Assembly (NCBI GenBank): GCA_020861055.1
Contig: JAJBTD010000046.1
Coordinates: forward strand, 1 to 39,913
Direction: 5' to 3'
Length of the DNA stretch: 39,913 nt
Source of the DNA: Clostridiales bacterium
Lineage (GTDB): Bacteria; Bacillota; Clostridia; Oscillospirales; Oscillospiraceae
The translations under genes were made by a program, and so were the position numbers. The notes under the pieces are model-generated. The model was not told where the DNA came from and ran no database searches. It saw nothing but the letters and a program-made list of their open reading frames with translations. This document shows, in pieces, positions 1 through 9,860 of this stretch (positions within the stretch are counted from its first letter, which is position 1; each line of letters starts with the position of its first letter).

Positions 1-2624
1 CCCCCGCAGCCGATCATATTTTCCCGCGCCCGCCGGGCCAGGTCGGCGTCGAAGGGGCGCGCGCAGAACTGCTGGAAGGTGGTGTAGGGGCCCTCCTGCT
101 CCCGCTCGGCAACGATATGCTCCACCACGCTCCGGCCCACCCCCTTGATGGCGGCCAGGCCAAAGCGGATGTCCTCCCCCTGAACGGTGAAGTCCGCCCC
201 GGACCGGTTGATGTCCGGGGGCAGAAGCTGGATGCCCATGTCCCGGCAGGCGGAGATATATTCCGCCACCTTGTCGCTGGAGTCCAGGACGCTGGTAAGC
301 AGGGCCGCCATGTACTCCTGTGGGTAGTGGCATTTGAACCAGGCCGTCTGATAGGCCACGATGGCATAGCAGACCGCATGGGCCTTGTTGAAGGCGTAGT
401 TGGCGAAGTCTTTGATCTCCCCGTAGATGGCCTTGGCGGTGTCCTCCGGGATACCATTGGCGATACAGCCCTTGATGCCCCGGTCGGCGTCGCCGTAGAT
501 AAAGGCGTGCTCCTCCTGCTCGATCTGCTTCGCCTTTTTCTTGGAGATGGCCCGGCGCACCATATCCGCCCCGCCCAGGGAGTACCCCGCCAGCTGCTGG
601 AAGATCATCATCACCTGCTCCTGGTAGACGATGCAGCCGTAGGTGACGGACAAAATCGGCTCCAGCAGGGGATGTCGGTAGGTGACCTTGCTGGGGTTCA
701 GCTTGCACTGGATGAACCGGGGGATGGACTCCATGGGGCCGGGGCGGTACAGGGCCACGATGGCGGTCAAATCCTCGATGCTGGAGGCCTTCATCTGGAC
801 GCACACCCCGGTCATGCCGGCGGACTCCATCTGGAACACCCCCGCCGTGTGCCCCTCCTGGAGCATCCGGAAGGTGTCCGGGTCGTCCTCCGGGATGTTG
901 TGGAGGTCGAAGTCCGGGTCTTTTTTCCGTATCATTTTCTGGGCGTCGTCCAGGATGGTCAGGTTGCGCAGGCCCAGAAAGTCCATTTTCAGCAGGCCCA
1001 GCTCCTCCAGTGTGGTCATGATATACTGGGTGACCACGCTCTCGTCGTTTTTCGCCAGGGGGACGTACTCATACACCGGCTTCCGGGTGATGACCACCCC
1101 GGCGGCGTGCTTGGAGGCGTGGCGGGGCATCCCCTCGATCTTCCGGGAGGTGTCGATGAGCTGGTGCACCTGGGGGTCGCTCTCGTACCGGTCCCGGAGG
1201 GGCTTGGAGAGCTTCAGCGCGTCGTCCAGAGTCATGTGTAGGCCGTTGGGAATCTGCTTGGCGATCTGGTCCACGTCGCCGTAGCTCATGCCCATGACCC
1301 GGCCCACGTCCCGCACCACTCCCTTGGCCTGGAGGGTGCCGAAGGTGACGATCTGGGCCACATGGTCCTCCCCGTAGGTGCGCTTGACATAGTCGATGAC
1401 CTCTTCTCTCCGGCGGTAGCAGAAGTCCATGTCGATATCCGGCATGGTGACCCGCTCCGGGTTGAGGAACCGCTCGAAGTAGAGGTCGTACTTCATGGGG
1501 TCCACGTCGGTAATGCCCATGCAGTAGGCCACCATGGACCCGGCGGCGCTGCCTCTCCCCGGCCCCACCGGAATCTCCTGACTTTTGGCGTAGCCCACAA
1601 AGTCCGCCACGATGAGGAAGTAGTCCACAAACCCCATGGTGCGGATCATGTTCATCTCGTATTCCAGCCGCTCCCGGTAGCCGGGAGGGTCGGTGGGATA
1701 CCGCCGGGCGTAGCCCTCCCGGCACAGCTTTTCCATCAGGCTGTCCCCGTCGTAGCCCTCCGGGTAGCGGAACTCCGGCAGGTGGTAGACCCCGAACTGG
1801 AAGTCCACCTGGCACTGTTGGGCGATCTTCTCCGTGTTGTCGATGGCCTCAGGGCAGTCGGGGAAGAGCGCCCGCATCTCCTCCTCCGACTTGATATAGA
1901 ACTCCTCGCTGCCGAACCTCATCCGGTCCGGGTCGTCCACCGTCTTACCCGTCTGGATGCACATGAGCACGTCCTGGGCCTGGGCGTCCTCCTGGGTCAG
2001 ATAGTGGGCGTCGTTGGTGGCCACCAGGGGGATGTCCAGCTCACGGGCCAGCCGGACCAGCTGGGGCAGGATTTCTCTCTGCTCGGCCAGGCCGTGGTCC
2101 TGGAGCTCGATATAGTAGTTCCCCTCCCCCATCAGCTCCTTCATCATCCGGGCGTGCTCCACCGCCCCGGCGTAGTCGCCGTTGCGCAGGCGGCGGGGAA
2201 TCTCCCCGGCGAGGCAGGCGGACAGGGCGATGAGGCCCTCGTGGTGCGCCCGCAGCAAATCCAGGTCGATGCGGGGGCGCATATAAAACCCCTCCAGATT
2301 GGCCTGAGTGACCAGGTAGGAGAGGTTGCGGTAGCCCGTCTCGTTCCGGCAGAGCAAAATGAGGTGCCGCGCCCCCGCGTCCAGGTCGTGGCTCTTGTCG
2401 AACCGGGTCCTGGGGGCCACATACACCTCACAGCCGATGACGGGATGGACGCCTTCCTTTTGGCACGCCTTGTAGAAGTCTACCACGCCGTACATATTGC
2501 CGTGGTCGGTGATGGCCACCGAGGTCTGGCCCAGGGCCTTCACCCGCCGGACCAACTCCTGGATGCGGCAGGCGCCGTCCAGGAGGGAAAATTCCGTATG
2601 AACGTGTAGATGGGCAAAGGACAT
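1..2624 (-). CDS. dnaE: DNA polymerase III alpha subunit (3' end runs off the window)
   Basis: Not in the ORF track because the stop lies outside the window. The minus strand from ATG 2624 reads MSFAHLHVHTEFSLLDGACR...AITDHGNMYG (PHP domain), later GPGRGSAAGS, MPDIDMDF, KMDFLGLRNL and FANYAFNKAHA. The RBS AGGAGGG lies upstream. Confidence 0.97.
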   Translation of the reverse strand, partial: MSFAHLHVHTEFSLLDGACRIQELVRRVKALGQTSVAITDHGNMYGVVDFYKACQKEGVHPVIGCEVYVAPRTRFDKSHDLDAGARHLILLCRNETGYRNLSYLVTQANLEGFYMRPRIDLDLLRAHHEGLIALSACLAGEIPRRLRNGDYAGAVEHARMMKELMGEGNYYIELQDHGLAEQREILPQLVRLARELDIPLVATNDAHYLTQEDAQAQDVLMCIQTGKTVDDPDRMRFGSEEFYIKSEEEMRALFPDCPEAIDNTEKIAQQCQVDFQFGVYHLPEFRYPEGYDGDSLMEKLCREGYARRYPTDPPGYRERLEYEMNMIRTMGFVDYFLIVADFVGYAKSQEIPVGPGRGSAAGSMVAYCMGITDVDPMKYDLYFERFLNPERVTMPDIDMDFCYRRREEVIDYVKRTYGEDHVAQIVTFGTLQAKGVVRDVGRVMGMSYGDVDQIAKQIPNGLHMTLDDALKLSKPLRDRYESDPQVHQLIDTSRKIEGMPRHASKHAAGVVITRKPVYEYVPLAKNDESVVTQYIMTTLEELGLLKMDFLGLRNLTILDDAQKMIRKKDPDFDLHNIPEDDPDTFRMLQEGHTAGVFQMESAGMTGVCVQMKASSIEDLTAIVALYRPGPMESIPRFIQCKLNPSKVTYRHPLLEPILSVTYGCIVYQEQVMMIFQQLAGYSLGGADMVRRAISKKKAKQIEQEEHAFIYGDADRGIKGCIANGIPEDTAKAIYGEIKDFANYAFNKAHAVCYAIVAYQTAWFKCHYPQEYMAALLTSVLDSSDKVAEYISACRDMGIQLLPPDINRSGADFTVQGEDIRFGLAAIKGVGRSVVEHIVAEREQEGPYTTFQQFCARPFDADLARRARENMIGCG

Positions 2625-2647
2625 GGGTTTTCCCTCCTGTTCTGTTC

Positions 2648-3121
2648 TCAGTCGTCGGCGCAGTTGGCTGCGTCGATGGCGATGGCGATCATCAGGCAGA
2701 GCAGCGTATGGGCCGGGTCGGGGATGTGCAGCACATAGGTATCTCCCCAATTCAGTGGCTCCTTGGCGATGTGGAGCACACAGTTTCCACTGTCGTCCAC
2801 CACATCGTAGTCCCAGCCCAGAACGTCCCCCTGCACCCGCCACCCGTTGCAGTCCAGCGTATAGCGGGGGCGGAGAATGCTCCACTCCTTTTTCAGCGTT
2901 CCGCAGGAATATCCGCCAATCACGATGTCAAACTCCGGCAGAAGGCGAAAGAGCTTCTCATGGATCGAGGCCAGGGGGCGATTCTGTCCGTCATAGAGAT
3001 AGATCTGATGGCCCAGGGCCCAAAATTCCGCCTTAACAAAGTAAACCGGGTTCTGATATGCGTCGTATACGTCGTAGGTGTCCGCCCAGCTGAACACCCG
3101 CTGTCTGATCAGAAGCTCCAT
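2648..3121 (-). CDS. LURP-one/scramblase (Tubby C-2-like) family protein
   Basis: 157 aa; LLIRQRVFSWADTYDVYD...GDVLGWDYDV...DTYVLHI...AIAID pattern typical of LURP-one proteins. Confidence 0.8.
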   Translation of the reverse strand: MELLIRQRVFSWADTYDVYDAYQNPVYFVKAEFWALGHQIYLYDGQNRPLASIHEKLFRLLPEFDIVIGGYSCGTLKKEWSILRPRYTLDCNGWRVQGDVLGWDYDVVDDSGNCVLHIAKEPLNWGDTYVLHIPDPAHTLLCLMIAIAIDAANCADD

Positions 3122-3152
3122 GGAAAGCGCCTCCTCTGTGGTACGATTTCAT

Positions 3153-4115
3153 TTACCCGACACCGTCCTCCGCCAGCTCCATCAGCTTGCGCAGGCGGTG
3201 GTTCAGGCAGGATTTGGACACCCCCGCCAGCTCCGCCAGCTGGCTCAGGGACAGCTCCGGATGCTCCATGCGCAGCTCGGCCGTGTCCCGCAGGTTCTCC
3301 GGCAGGGCGTCCCAACGGGGACTGCTCCGGAGGACGCGGATGGCGGCGATCTGTCCCTGGGCGGCGGCCACCGCCTTGTCCAGGTTCGCCATGTCGCAGT
3401 TGGAGCGGCGGTTCACCCCGTTCATAATGTTCTTCTCCAGCTTGGCGTTCATCAGCTCCATGGCGGACAGGGGCGCCCCGATGGCGGTGAGAAAGTCCGC
3501 GATGGCCTCGCTCTGCTTGAAGTAGGTCACATAGTTACCCCGGCGGGTGGTGGTCTTGGGGTGGAAGTCCATCTCCGCCAGCAGAGGGGCCAGCTCCCGT
3601 GAGACGGCGTAGTGGGAGGTGGTCAGCTCCAGGTGGTACCGCTGCCGGGGGTCCGTGATGGAGCCGGCGGCTAAAAAAGCGCCCCGGAAGAAGGCCGCCT
3701 GGCAGCAGCTCTCCTCCAGGACAGCATAATTGATGTGTTGGGATACCTGCCCGTGGTCGCATCCGAAGTCGTCCAGGATACGGCCCAGCTTTTTCGGGTC
3801 AGTGATGACAAACGCCTGCTTTCCATGGGCGTTCTCTCCCGGCTGCCGGTCGAACCGGACGCCGAAGGCGCGGCGAAAGAGCCGTGGCAGCCGCTGAGCC
3901 ACGGCGGGAGAGGTGGTGACGATCCGTATCTCGTCGCCGGAAAAGGCATTACAGAACAGCAGCACCCCGTATGCCTCCGCCCGGACGCAGCAAGGGCGGC
4001 TGAGCCGTTCCCGGCACAGCTCCTCCTTTGCCATACTGGAAAAGGTTTTTTTGTCCCCCCGTGGGGAGCGCTCCTCCGGAAATCCCTCCGGGAAGCGGTC
4101 ATCGTTCTCTGACAT
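3153..4115 (-). CDS. whiA: DNA-binding protein WhiA
   Basis: FSSMAKEEL, RGAFLAAGSITDP, NRRSNCDMANLDK and a C-terminal HTH (SLSQLAEL..SKSCLNHRLRKL); in the rapZ-yvcK-whiA context. Confidence 0.95.
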   Translation of the reverse strand: MSENDDRFPEGFPEERSPRGDKKTFSSMAKEELCRERLSRPCCVRAEAYGVLLFCNAFSGDEIRIVTTSPAVAQRLPRLFRRAFGVRFDRQPGENAHGKQAFVITDPKKLGRILDDFGCDHGQVSQHINYAVLEESCCQAAFFRGAFLAAGSITDPRQRYHLELTTSHYAVSRELAPLLAEMDFHPKTTTRRGNYVTYFKQSEAIADFLTAIGAPLSAMELMNAKLEKNIMNGVNRRSNCDMANLDKAVAAAQGQIAAIRVLRSSPRWDALPENLRDTAELRMEHPELSLSQLAELAGVSKSCLNHRLRKLMELAEDGVG

Positions 4116-5142
4116 ACCGCACTCCCTGATCCGTCCAGGTGCGGACGCACCGGTCCTCCACCACAGCCAGGATGGCCCTGGCCAGCTTCATGGAGTCGTG
4201 TCTGGCCTTGTAGCGCTTCGTCTCGTCCGAGAGGGGCTCGCAGATCAGTTCCACCCCCATGGCCCGGACCGCGTCCCCGTCCACCAGCATGGGCTGGGCG
4301 TTCTCCGTCCGGTAGAGTCGGCGCACCTCCTCCGGGATGTCGGCGGAGTTGGCCAGGCACAGGTCCACCATGTCCGGCCGTCCGTGGTCGAACAGGGCCT
4401 GGAGGTGTTCGGAGAGGGTGTACCCCTCCGTCTCCCCCTCCTGGGTCATAATGTTGGCGACGTAGATGCGCAGGGCCTGGGACTCCGCCACGGCGTCCGC
4501 CACGCCGGGCACCAGAAGGTTGGGGATGATGCTGGTATACAGGCTCCCCGGCCCCAAAACGATCACATCCGCCTCCCGGAGTGCGTCCAGCACCTTGGGC
4601 AGCACCGGGGGCCGCTCCGGCTCCATACGTACCCGCCGGATGCGGCAGTGCTGGGACCGCTTGAAGCTGAAAATTTTGCTCTCCCCCCGGACGGAGGTGC
4701 CGTTTTCCATCTCAGCCACCAGGTTCACGTTCTCGCTGGTGACGGGGAGCACCTGCCCGGTGACGGCCAGGAGCTGGTTCATCCGCTCCACCGCCTCCTC
4801 AAAGGAGTCGGAGATGCCGTCCAATGCGGCCAGGAGGAGGTTGCCAAAGCTCTGCCCCGCCAGGCTCCCGTCGTGGAACCGGTAGCCCAGCAGCTCCTCC
4901 ATCACCGGCTCCACGTTGGCCAGGGCCTGGAGGCAGTTGCGCAGATCCCCCGGCGGAGGCATTCCCAGGTCGTGCCGCAGCATGCCGGAGCCGCCTCCGT
5001 CGTCCGCCATGGTCACCACGGCGGTAATATTTCTGGAATAATATTTCAGGCCCCGCAGCATGGTGGAGAGTCCCGTACCGCCGCCGATGGCGACGATGTG
5101 GGGGCCTCCGTCCGACGGGATGCGCCAATGTTCCGTGTTCAT
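4099..5142 (-). CDS. yvcK: YvcK/GlmR UDP-GlcNAc-binding gluconeogenesis/morphogenesis factor
   Basis: GGGTGLS, ADDGGGSG, PPGDLRN and GPGSLYTSIIPNL motifs. Confidence 0.95.
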   Translation of the reverse strand: MNTEHWRIPSDGGPHIVAIGGGTGLSTMLRGLKYYSRNITAVVTMADDGGGSGMLRHDLGMPPPGDLRNCLQALANVEPVMEELLGYRFHDGSLAGQSFGNLLLAALDGISDSFEEAVERMNQLLAVTGQVLPVTSENVNLVAEMENGTSVRGESKIFSFKRSQHCRIRRVRMEPERPPVLPKVLDALREADVIVLGPGSLYTSIIPNLLVPGVADAVAESQALRIYVANIMTQEGETEGYTLSEHLQALFDHGRPDMVDLCLANSADIPEEVRRLYRTENAQPMLVDGDAVRAMGVELICEPLSDETKRYKARHDSMKLARAILAVVEDRCVRTWTDQGVRYVRER

Positions 5143-6018
5143 CTATTTCCGCTCCCGGTTGATATCCCGATGCTGCTCGGTGGCAGGATAGCCCAGCTTC
5201 TCCACCATCTGCGCCACGGCGTGGGCCAGGGCCACAGACCGGTGCTGGCCGCCGGTACATCCCATGCAGATGACCAGGTTGCTCTTTCCCTCCTCCTCAT
5301 AGAGAGGCAGCAGGAAGCGGAGCATCTCCTCCATCCGCTGTTCAAACTCATGGGTCTCCTTGTACCCTTCCAGGAAATCGGAGACCTCCTGATCCAGCCC
5401 GGTCCTGCGCCGCAGCTCCGGAACGTAGAAGGGGTTGGGCAAAAAGCGCACGTCCATCACCCAGTCCGCGTCCAGGGGGATGCCGTACTTAAAGCCGAAG
5501 GATTCCACCGTCACCTGAAACGTCCGCTCCGTGGCCGCAGCCTCCCCAAACATTTCCAGCAGCGCCGAACGGAGCTTGGCGGTGGTGTTGAAGTCGGTGG
5601 AGTCCAGGATGTAGTCCGCCCTGGCCCGGACCGGCTCCAGCAGCTTTTTCTCCCGGCGAATGGCGGACTCCAGGCTCTCCCCCGGCTCCGCCAGAGGGTG
5701 GGAGCGCCGGGTCTCCTTGTAGCGCATAATGACCGCCTGGGTGGAGGCCTCCAGAAACAGCAGCTTACAGTCGCAGCCCATGGCCGCCATCTCGTCCATG
5801 GCCTGGAACAGAGGGGTAAAGTCGTGTCCGCCCCGGATGTCGCTGACCATAGCCACCCGCTCATAGATACTGTTGGCGCCGCTGAGGGCCATCTCCGCAA
5901 AGCGGGGCATCAGCGCCGCGGGCATATTGTCCACGGTGTAAAAGCCCGCGTCCTCCAGGAATTCTCCCGCTCTGCTCTTTCCGGCGCCGGAGAGACCGGA
6001 AATAATGATAAACTGCAT
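5143..6018 (-). CDS. rapZ: RNase adapter / P-loop protein RapZ (YvcJ)
   Basis: GLSGAGKS Walker A, SFGFKYG, DVRFLPNP, GCTGGQHRSV. Confidence 0.95.
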   Translation of the reverse strand: MQFIIISGLSGAGKSRAGEFLEDAGFYTVDNMPAALMPRFAEMALSGANSIYERVAMVSDIRGGHDFTPLFQAMDEMAAMGCDCKLLFLEASTQAVIMRYKETRRSHPLAEPGESLESAIRREKKLLEPVRARADYILDSTDFNTTAKLRSALLEMFGEAAATERTFQVTVESFGFKYGIPLDADWVMDVRFLPNPFYVPELRRRTGLDQEVSDFLEGYKETHEFEQRMEEMLRFLLPLYEEEGKSNLVICMGCTGGQHRSVALAHAVAQMVEKLGYPATEQHRDINRERK

Positions 6019-6076
6019 TTTTCCACCTCCTGTTGTCTGCGCTTTATCTGCCTGGGGTATATCCGTTATTCTATCG

Positions 6077-6991
6077 TCACAGCATCAGCTGAATTTCCAG
6101 CTCCAGCCGGTAATCCGTCCGCTGCCAGACCACGTCCTTCACATGGTCGGTCAGGGCCAGCACGTCGGCGCAGGTGGCCCCGCCGCGGTTGACCACAAAG
6201 CCCGCGTGCTTCTCGGAGACCTGAGCGCCCCCCACCTGGTAGCCCTTGAGCCCGCACTGGTCAATGAGGGCGGCGGCATAGGCTCCACGGGGCCGCTTGA
6301 AGGTGGAGCCTGCGCTGGCCCACTCCAACGGCTGGGTGCGCTTCCGGCGGCGGAGCAGGTCGTCCATCCGGGCCTGAATGGCGTCCGGGTCGCCGGGCTG
6401 CAGCTCCACCAGGGACTCCAGGACGATCAGCTCCCGCTCCATAAAGACGCTGTGGCGATAGCCGAAGCGCTGCTCCTCTCCCCGGAACACATGGAGGCTG
6501 CCCTCGGCGTCCAGGGCGGTGGTCTGGGTGACGACGTGCTGCAGCTCTCCGCCGTAGGCCCCGGCGTTCATCACCACGCCGCCCCCCATGGAACCGGGGA
6601 TGCCGTGGGCGAATTCAAATCCGGTCAGCCCCTCCTGCTGGGCAAAGCAGGCCAGCTGCCGCATGGGGACGCCCGCTCCGCAGCGGAGGGTGGTCTCCCC
6701 CACCCGCTCCAACTGGTTCAGGCCGGGACGGGTCAGGATGACAAAGCGCTCCAGAGGGCCGTCTCCGCACAGGAGATTGCTCCCCCGGCCCACCAGAAAG
6801 GGGTGGATATCCATGCTCCGGGCCACCCGGATGGCGTTCACCGTCTCCTCGGTCGTATGGGGCAGCGCCATGACTGCCACCGGTCCGCCGATGCGGAAGG
6901 AGGTGTGCTCGCACATGGGTTCGTTTTCTCTTATCTCAACACCGGGACAGACCCGGCGCAATTCTCTTTTCAGATGCTCAAATGAGTCCAT
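6077..6991 (-). CDS. murB: UDP-N-acetylenolpyruvoylglucosamine reductase
   Basis: HTSFRIGG, GRGSN, GIPGSMGG..MNAGAYG, SAGSTFKRP, SEKHAGF. Confidence 0.96.
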   Translation of the reverse strand: MDSFEHLKRELRRVCPGVEIRENEPMCEHTSFRIGGPVAVMALPHTTEETVNAIRVARSMDIHPFLVGRGSNLLCGDGPLERFVILTRPGLNQLERVGETTLRCGAGVPMRQLACFAQQEGLTGFEFAHGIPGSMGGGVVMNAGAYGGELQHVVTQTTALDAEGSLHVFRGEEQRFGYRHSVFMERELIVLESLVELQPGDPDAIQARMDDLLRRRKRTQPLEWASAGSTFKRPRGAYAAALIDQCGLKGYQVGGAQVSEKHAGFVVNRGGATCADVLALTDHVKDVVWQRTDYRLELEIQLML

Positions 6992-7057
6992 TCTGTTCCT
7001 CCCGTCGGGAATTTGCGCTCCGGCCGGCGGGGCCGTGGTCGTGGGGTACGGTACCCT

Positions 7058-7621
7058 CTATTCTAATTCCGCTGTCTCTATTATACCAGCGAAAGGGGGC
7101 AGTACAATCCTGTCTTCCAAAAAAAGGGCGCGCTCACCACTCGTACACCGGATCCGGCACCTTGCTATCTCGCAGCGGGTAAGGATGCCGTCCTCCGCCT
7201 CCAGCACAGCGTAGGAGGGGTGGGGGCTGTTGCCCACCGCGCCGGGATTGATGAGCAGGATACCGCTCTCCTGGCGGACGCAGGAGATGTGGGTGTGCCC
7301 CACCAGGACGATGTCCGCCTCCTGGCGTCGGCCTGCGGCGATGAGGCGGCTGTAGCCGCTCTTGACGGTGTACTCATGGCCGTGGGTCAGGAAGATCCGC
7401 AGGCCGCAGACCGTGACCAGCTCCTCCGTCCGGCACCGGCTCCGCCAGTCGCAGTTGCCCGCCACCGAGTGCAGCTCGATCTCCGGGTGGTCCGCCAGGA
7501 CGGCGAGGATGTCTCCCCTGCCGTCTCCCAGATGGAACACCATGTCGGGCTGCTCCTGCTCCAGCACCTTTTTCATATTGGTCTTGTTGCCGTGGGAGTC
7601 CGAAAAGATCAACAGCTTCAC
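7058..7621 (-). CDS. YfcE/MJ0936-family metallophosphoesterase
   Basis: SDSHG, HLGD, GNCD, THGH, GHTH and NPG motifs; likely GTG start at 7621 after RBS AAAGGAG (the ORF track starts at 7648). Confidence 0.88.
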   Translation of the reverse strand: MKLLIFSDSHGNKTNMKKVLEQEQPDMVFHLGDGRGDILAVLADHPEIELHSVAGNCDWRSRCRTEELVTVCGLRIFLTHGHEYTVKSGYSRLIAAGRRQEADIVLVGHTHISCVRQESGILLINPGAVGNSPHPSYAVLEAEDGILTRCEIARCRIRCTSGERALFLEDRIVLPPFAGIIETAELE

Positions 7622-7625
7622 GGGA

Positions 7626-7654
7626 GCACATCTCCTTTGTCGGCGCATATACTA
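7626..7654 (+). promoter_or_regulatory. Candidate sigma-K (mother-cell) promoter for the 7704-8673 genes
   Basis: AC(7628-7629)-16 bp-CATATACTA(7646-7654) matches the B. subtilis sigK consensus AC-N16-CATANNNTA. Confidence 0.45.
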
Positions 7655-7703
7655 AACTAAATGCAGTTGGCCCGGCTTTCCGGGCTTGCAAGGGGGTTTT
7701 TTG

Positions 7704-7979
7704 ATGAAACAGTCCGCAGCTGGCCGTCCGTCCGGCCCTCTGCCCCGTGAGGCGGAGGAGCTGATGCAAAACCCGTCCGCGCTGAACGCCCTTCTCCGGT
7801 CGCCGGAGACGAAACGGCTCGTCTCTCTGCTCCGGCAGCAGGGCGACCTCCAGTCGGCGGCGAATCAGGCGAAGGCGGGAGACGCCTCCGCTCTACAGGA
7901 AATGCTCCGCCGTCTCGGCCAGAGCCGGGAGGGCGGGGAGGCGCTTGCCAATTTAGAGGGCCGTCTGGAACGGCGCTGA
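7704..7979 (+). CDS. Small helical hypothetical protein
   Basis: ATG 7704 after AAGGGGG; first of three closely spaced + strand ORFs. Confidence 0.65.
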   Translation: MKQSAAGRPSGPLPREAEELMQNPSALNALLRSPETKRLVSLLRQQGDLQSAANQAKAGDASALQEMLRRLGQSREGGEALANLEGRLERR

Positions 7980-8000
7980 CCCGGAAAGGAGGTCTGCTCT

Positions 8001-8369
8001 GTGGCGGAATTCGAGGAAAAACTGAATGAGATCCTGTCCTCGCCTCAGGCCATGGAGCAGATCATGTCCCTGGCCAGCTCCCTCTCCGGCGGCCAGGCAT
8101 CCGGGCCGGAAGACAGCGCCGAAGCCGACCCCGCCCCGGTCGCGGGCGACCTGTTGGGCGGTCTGGAGCCGGCGGCGCTGGGCAGGCTCTCCTCCCTGCT
8201 GTCCGTCTACCGGCAGCAGGGGGACGAGAAGGCCCGGCTCCTGGAGGCGCTCAGACCCTTTTTGAAGGAGAACAGCCAGGAGCGGCTGGACCGGGCCGTT
8301 CACATCACCCGCATCAGCCGGGTGATTCAGGCGGCGCTCGCCATGTTCAGGGGGGATAAAAATGTATAA
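8001..8369 (+). CDS. Hypothetical protein (possibly spore-associated)
   Basis: GTG start after strong RBS GAAAGGAGG; LLEALRPFL motif; overlaps the next gene by 8 nt. Confidence 0.75.
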   Translation: MAEFEEKLNEILSSPQAMEQIMSLASSLSGGQASGPEDSAEADPAPVAGDLLGGLEPAALGRLSSLLSVYRQQGDEKARLLEALRPFLKENSQERLDRAVHITRISRVIQAALAMFRGDKNV

Positions 8370-8673
8370 CCGGTACAGCCCTCCCAACGGGTATCAGCCG
8401 GTGGAGCCGGACGGCCCGCAGCGGGAGCAGCCCCGCCCCTCCTCCGGCGGGAACGCCGGGTCGGGCAGTCCGTTTTTCTCTCTGCGCAGTCTCCTGGGCG
8501 GGAACCGTCCGGGAGAGGGCGGCATCGACGGCCTGCTGGAGCGGCTGGGCATCAGCAGACTGGACAAGGGGGATATTCTCCTCATCCTCATCCTGATCTA
8601 TCTCTTTCGGGAGTCGGAGGACGACGAATGGCTCATCATTCTCGCCCTGGTGCTGCTCATGGGGCTGGGGTGA
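8362..8673 (+). CDS. Small hypothetical protein with Pro/Gly-rich N-terminus and hydrophobic C-terminal hairpin
   Basis: MYNRY start, RBS GGGGG, C-terminus DKGDILLILILIYLFRESEDDEWLIILALVLL. Confidence 0.75.
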   Translation: MYNRYSPPNGYQPVEPDGPQREQPRPSSGGNAGSGSPFFSLRSLLGGNRPGEGGIDGLLERLGISRLDKGDILLILILIYLFRESEDDEWLIILALVLLMGLG

Positions 8674-9813
8674 CTATTTCTCCTGATCCTTCTTATGTAG
8701 GATGCGGGCGTCGGCGTTGGGGAAGCGCTTGCGATGGCCCTCCCCTTTCAGCAGCGCCCGGCGGTGGTGGAACAGCCAATAGGCCACCACGCCCACGATG
8801 ATAACGGCGATGACCAGCGGGATCCACCGCCCGCCCTCGGAGGTGCTCAGCAGCACAGCGGTCAGGCCCAGGATGCCGGTGATGATGTAGAGGACGGCCA
8901 CCGTCTGCTGACGGGTCAGGCCCATGTCCAGCAGGCGGTAGTGGATGTGCTTCCGGTCCGCCTTCATGGGGTTCTCCCCGTGGCTCACCCGTGCGATGAC
9001 GGCGTAGCACACGTCAAAGATGGGCAGTCCCAGCAGGCAGAAGGGGACGGCGAAGGAGATCAGGGCATAGATCTTGAACAGGCCCTGAATGGAGGCCACC
9101 GCCAGGATAAAGCCGATGAAGGTGGAGCCGGTGTCCCCCATAAAGATGCGGGCGGGGCTGATGTTGTAGGGCAGAAAGCCGATGCAGCCCCCCGCCAGGG
9201 CGGCGCACAGCACCGCCACGGTGATATCGGAATAGCCCATGGCCACGATGAGCAGACAGACGGAGGAGATGGCGGACACCCCGGCGGCCAGGCCGTCCAG
9301 GCCGTCGATCAGGTTCACCGCATTGGTGATGAGGACGATCCAGAAAACGGACACCGGGACGGAGAGGATCCCCAGATTCAGATGGCCGCCTGCGGCAATC
9401 CAGGTGGGCGCGCTGATGTAGCTGATGACGTTGCCTCCCGACACCGCAACCAGGGCGGCGACGATCTGGACCGCAAATTTCAGCAGAGCGGGCAGGCCCC
9501 GCACGTCGTCCACCATGCCCAGAACGACGATGATGACGGCGCCCAGCAGCATGGCAGAGAGCCTGGTATTCAGTTGGACCAGCAGCAGTACGGCCGCCAG
9601 AAAGCCGACAAAGATCGCCAGGCCGCCCATACGGGGGGTCGGCTCTTTGTGGAGATGACGTTCGCTGTCGGTTCCCGTCACTCCGGGCATATCGATGGCG
9701 CCCAAGCGGATGGCGAGGCGGCGCACCAGAGGGACCGCCACCATGGCAACCACCATCGCCACGACCAGCGCCGCCACCACAATGGCCAGCGACTGGTAGT
9801 TCAAAGCCCTCAT
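8674..9813 (-). CDS. tagO: Undecaprenyl-phosphate alpha-GlcNAc-1-phosphate transferase (TagO/WecA, GT4/MraY family)
   Basis: PTPRMGGLAI, GMVDD, NAVNLIDGLDGLA, IFMGDTGS, HIHYRL; many TM segments. Confidence 0.92.
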   Translation of the reverse strand: MRALNYQSLAIVVAALVVAMVVAMVAVPLVRRLAIRLGAIDMPGVTGTDSERHLHKEPTPRMGGLAIFVGFLAAVLLLVQLNTRLSAMLLGAVIIVVLGMVDDVRGLPALLKFAVQIVAALVAVSGGNVISYISAPTWIAAGGHLNLGILSVPVSVFWIVLITNAVNLIDGLDGLAAGVSAISSVCLLIVAMGYSDITVAVLCAALAGGCIGFLPYNISPARIFMGDTGSTFIGFILAVASIQGLFKIYALISFAVPFCLLGLPIFDVCYAVIARVSHGENPMKADRKHIHYRLLDMGLTRQQTVAVLYIITGILGLTAVLLSTSEGGRWIPLVIAVIIVGVVAYWLFHHRRALLKGEGHRKRFPNADARILHKKDQEK

Positions 9814-9860
9814 ACGAGTAGAAAGCCTCCTTTCGTGTTCCCCTTCGGCTCTGTGTCCGA

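Noticed and set aside
117-2609. Long + strand ORFs (117-1241, 1362-2609) and similar long antisense ORFs across the window (e.g. 3913-6192, 31060-33612, 36051-37844)
   Set aside because: They are shadow frames opposite well-supported genes; high GC3 suppresses antisense stops, and they carry no recognisable motifs
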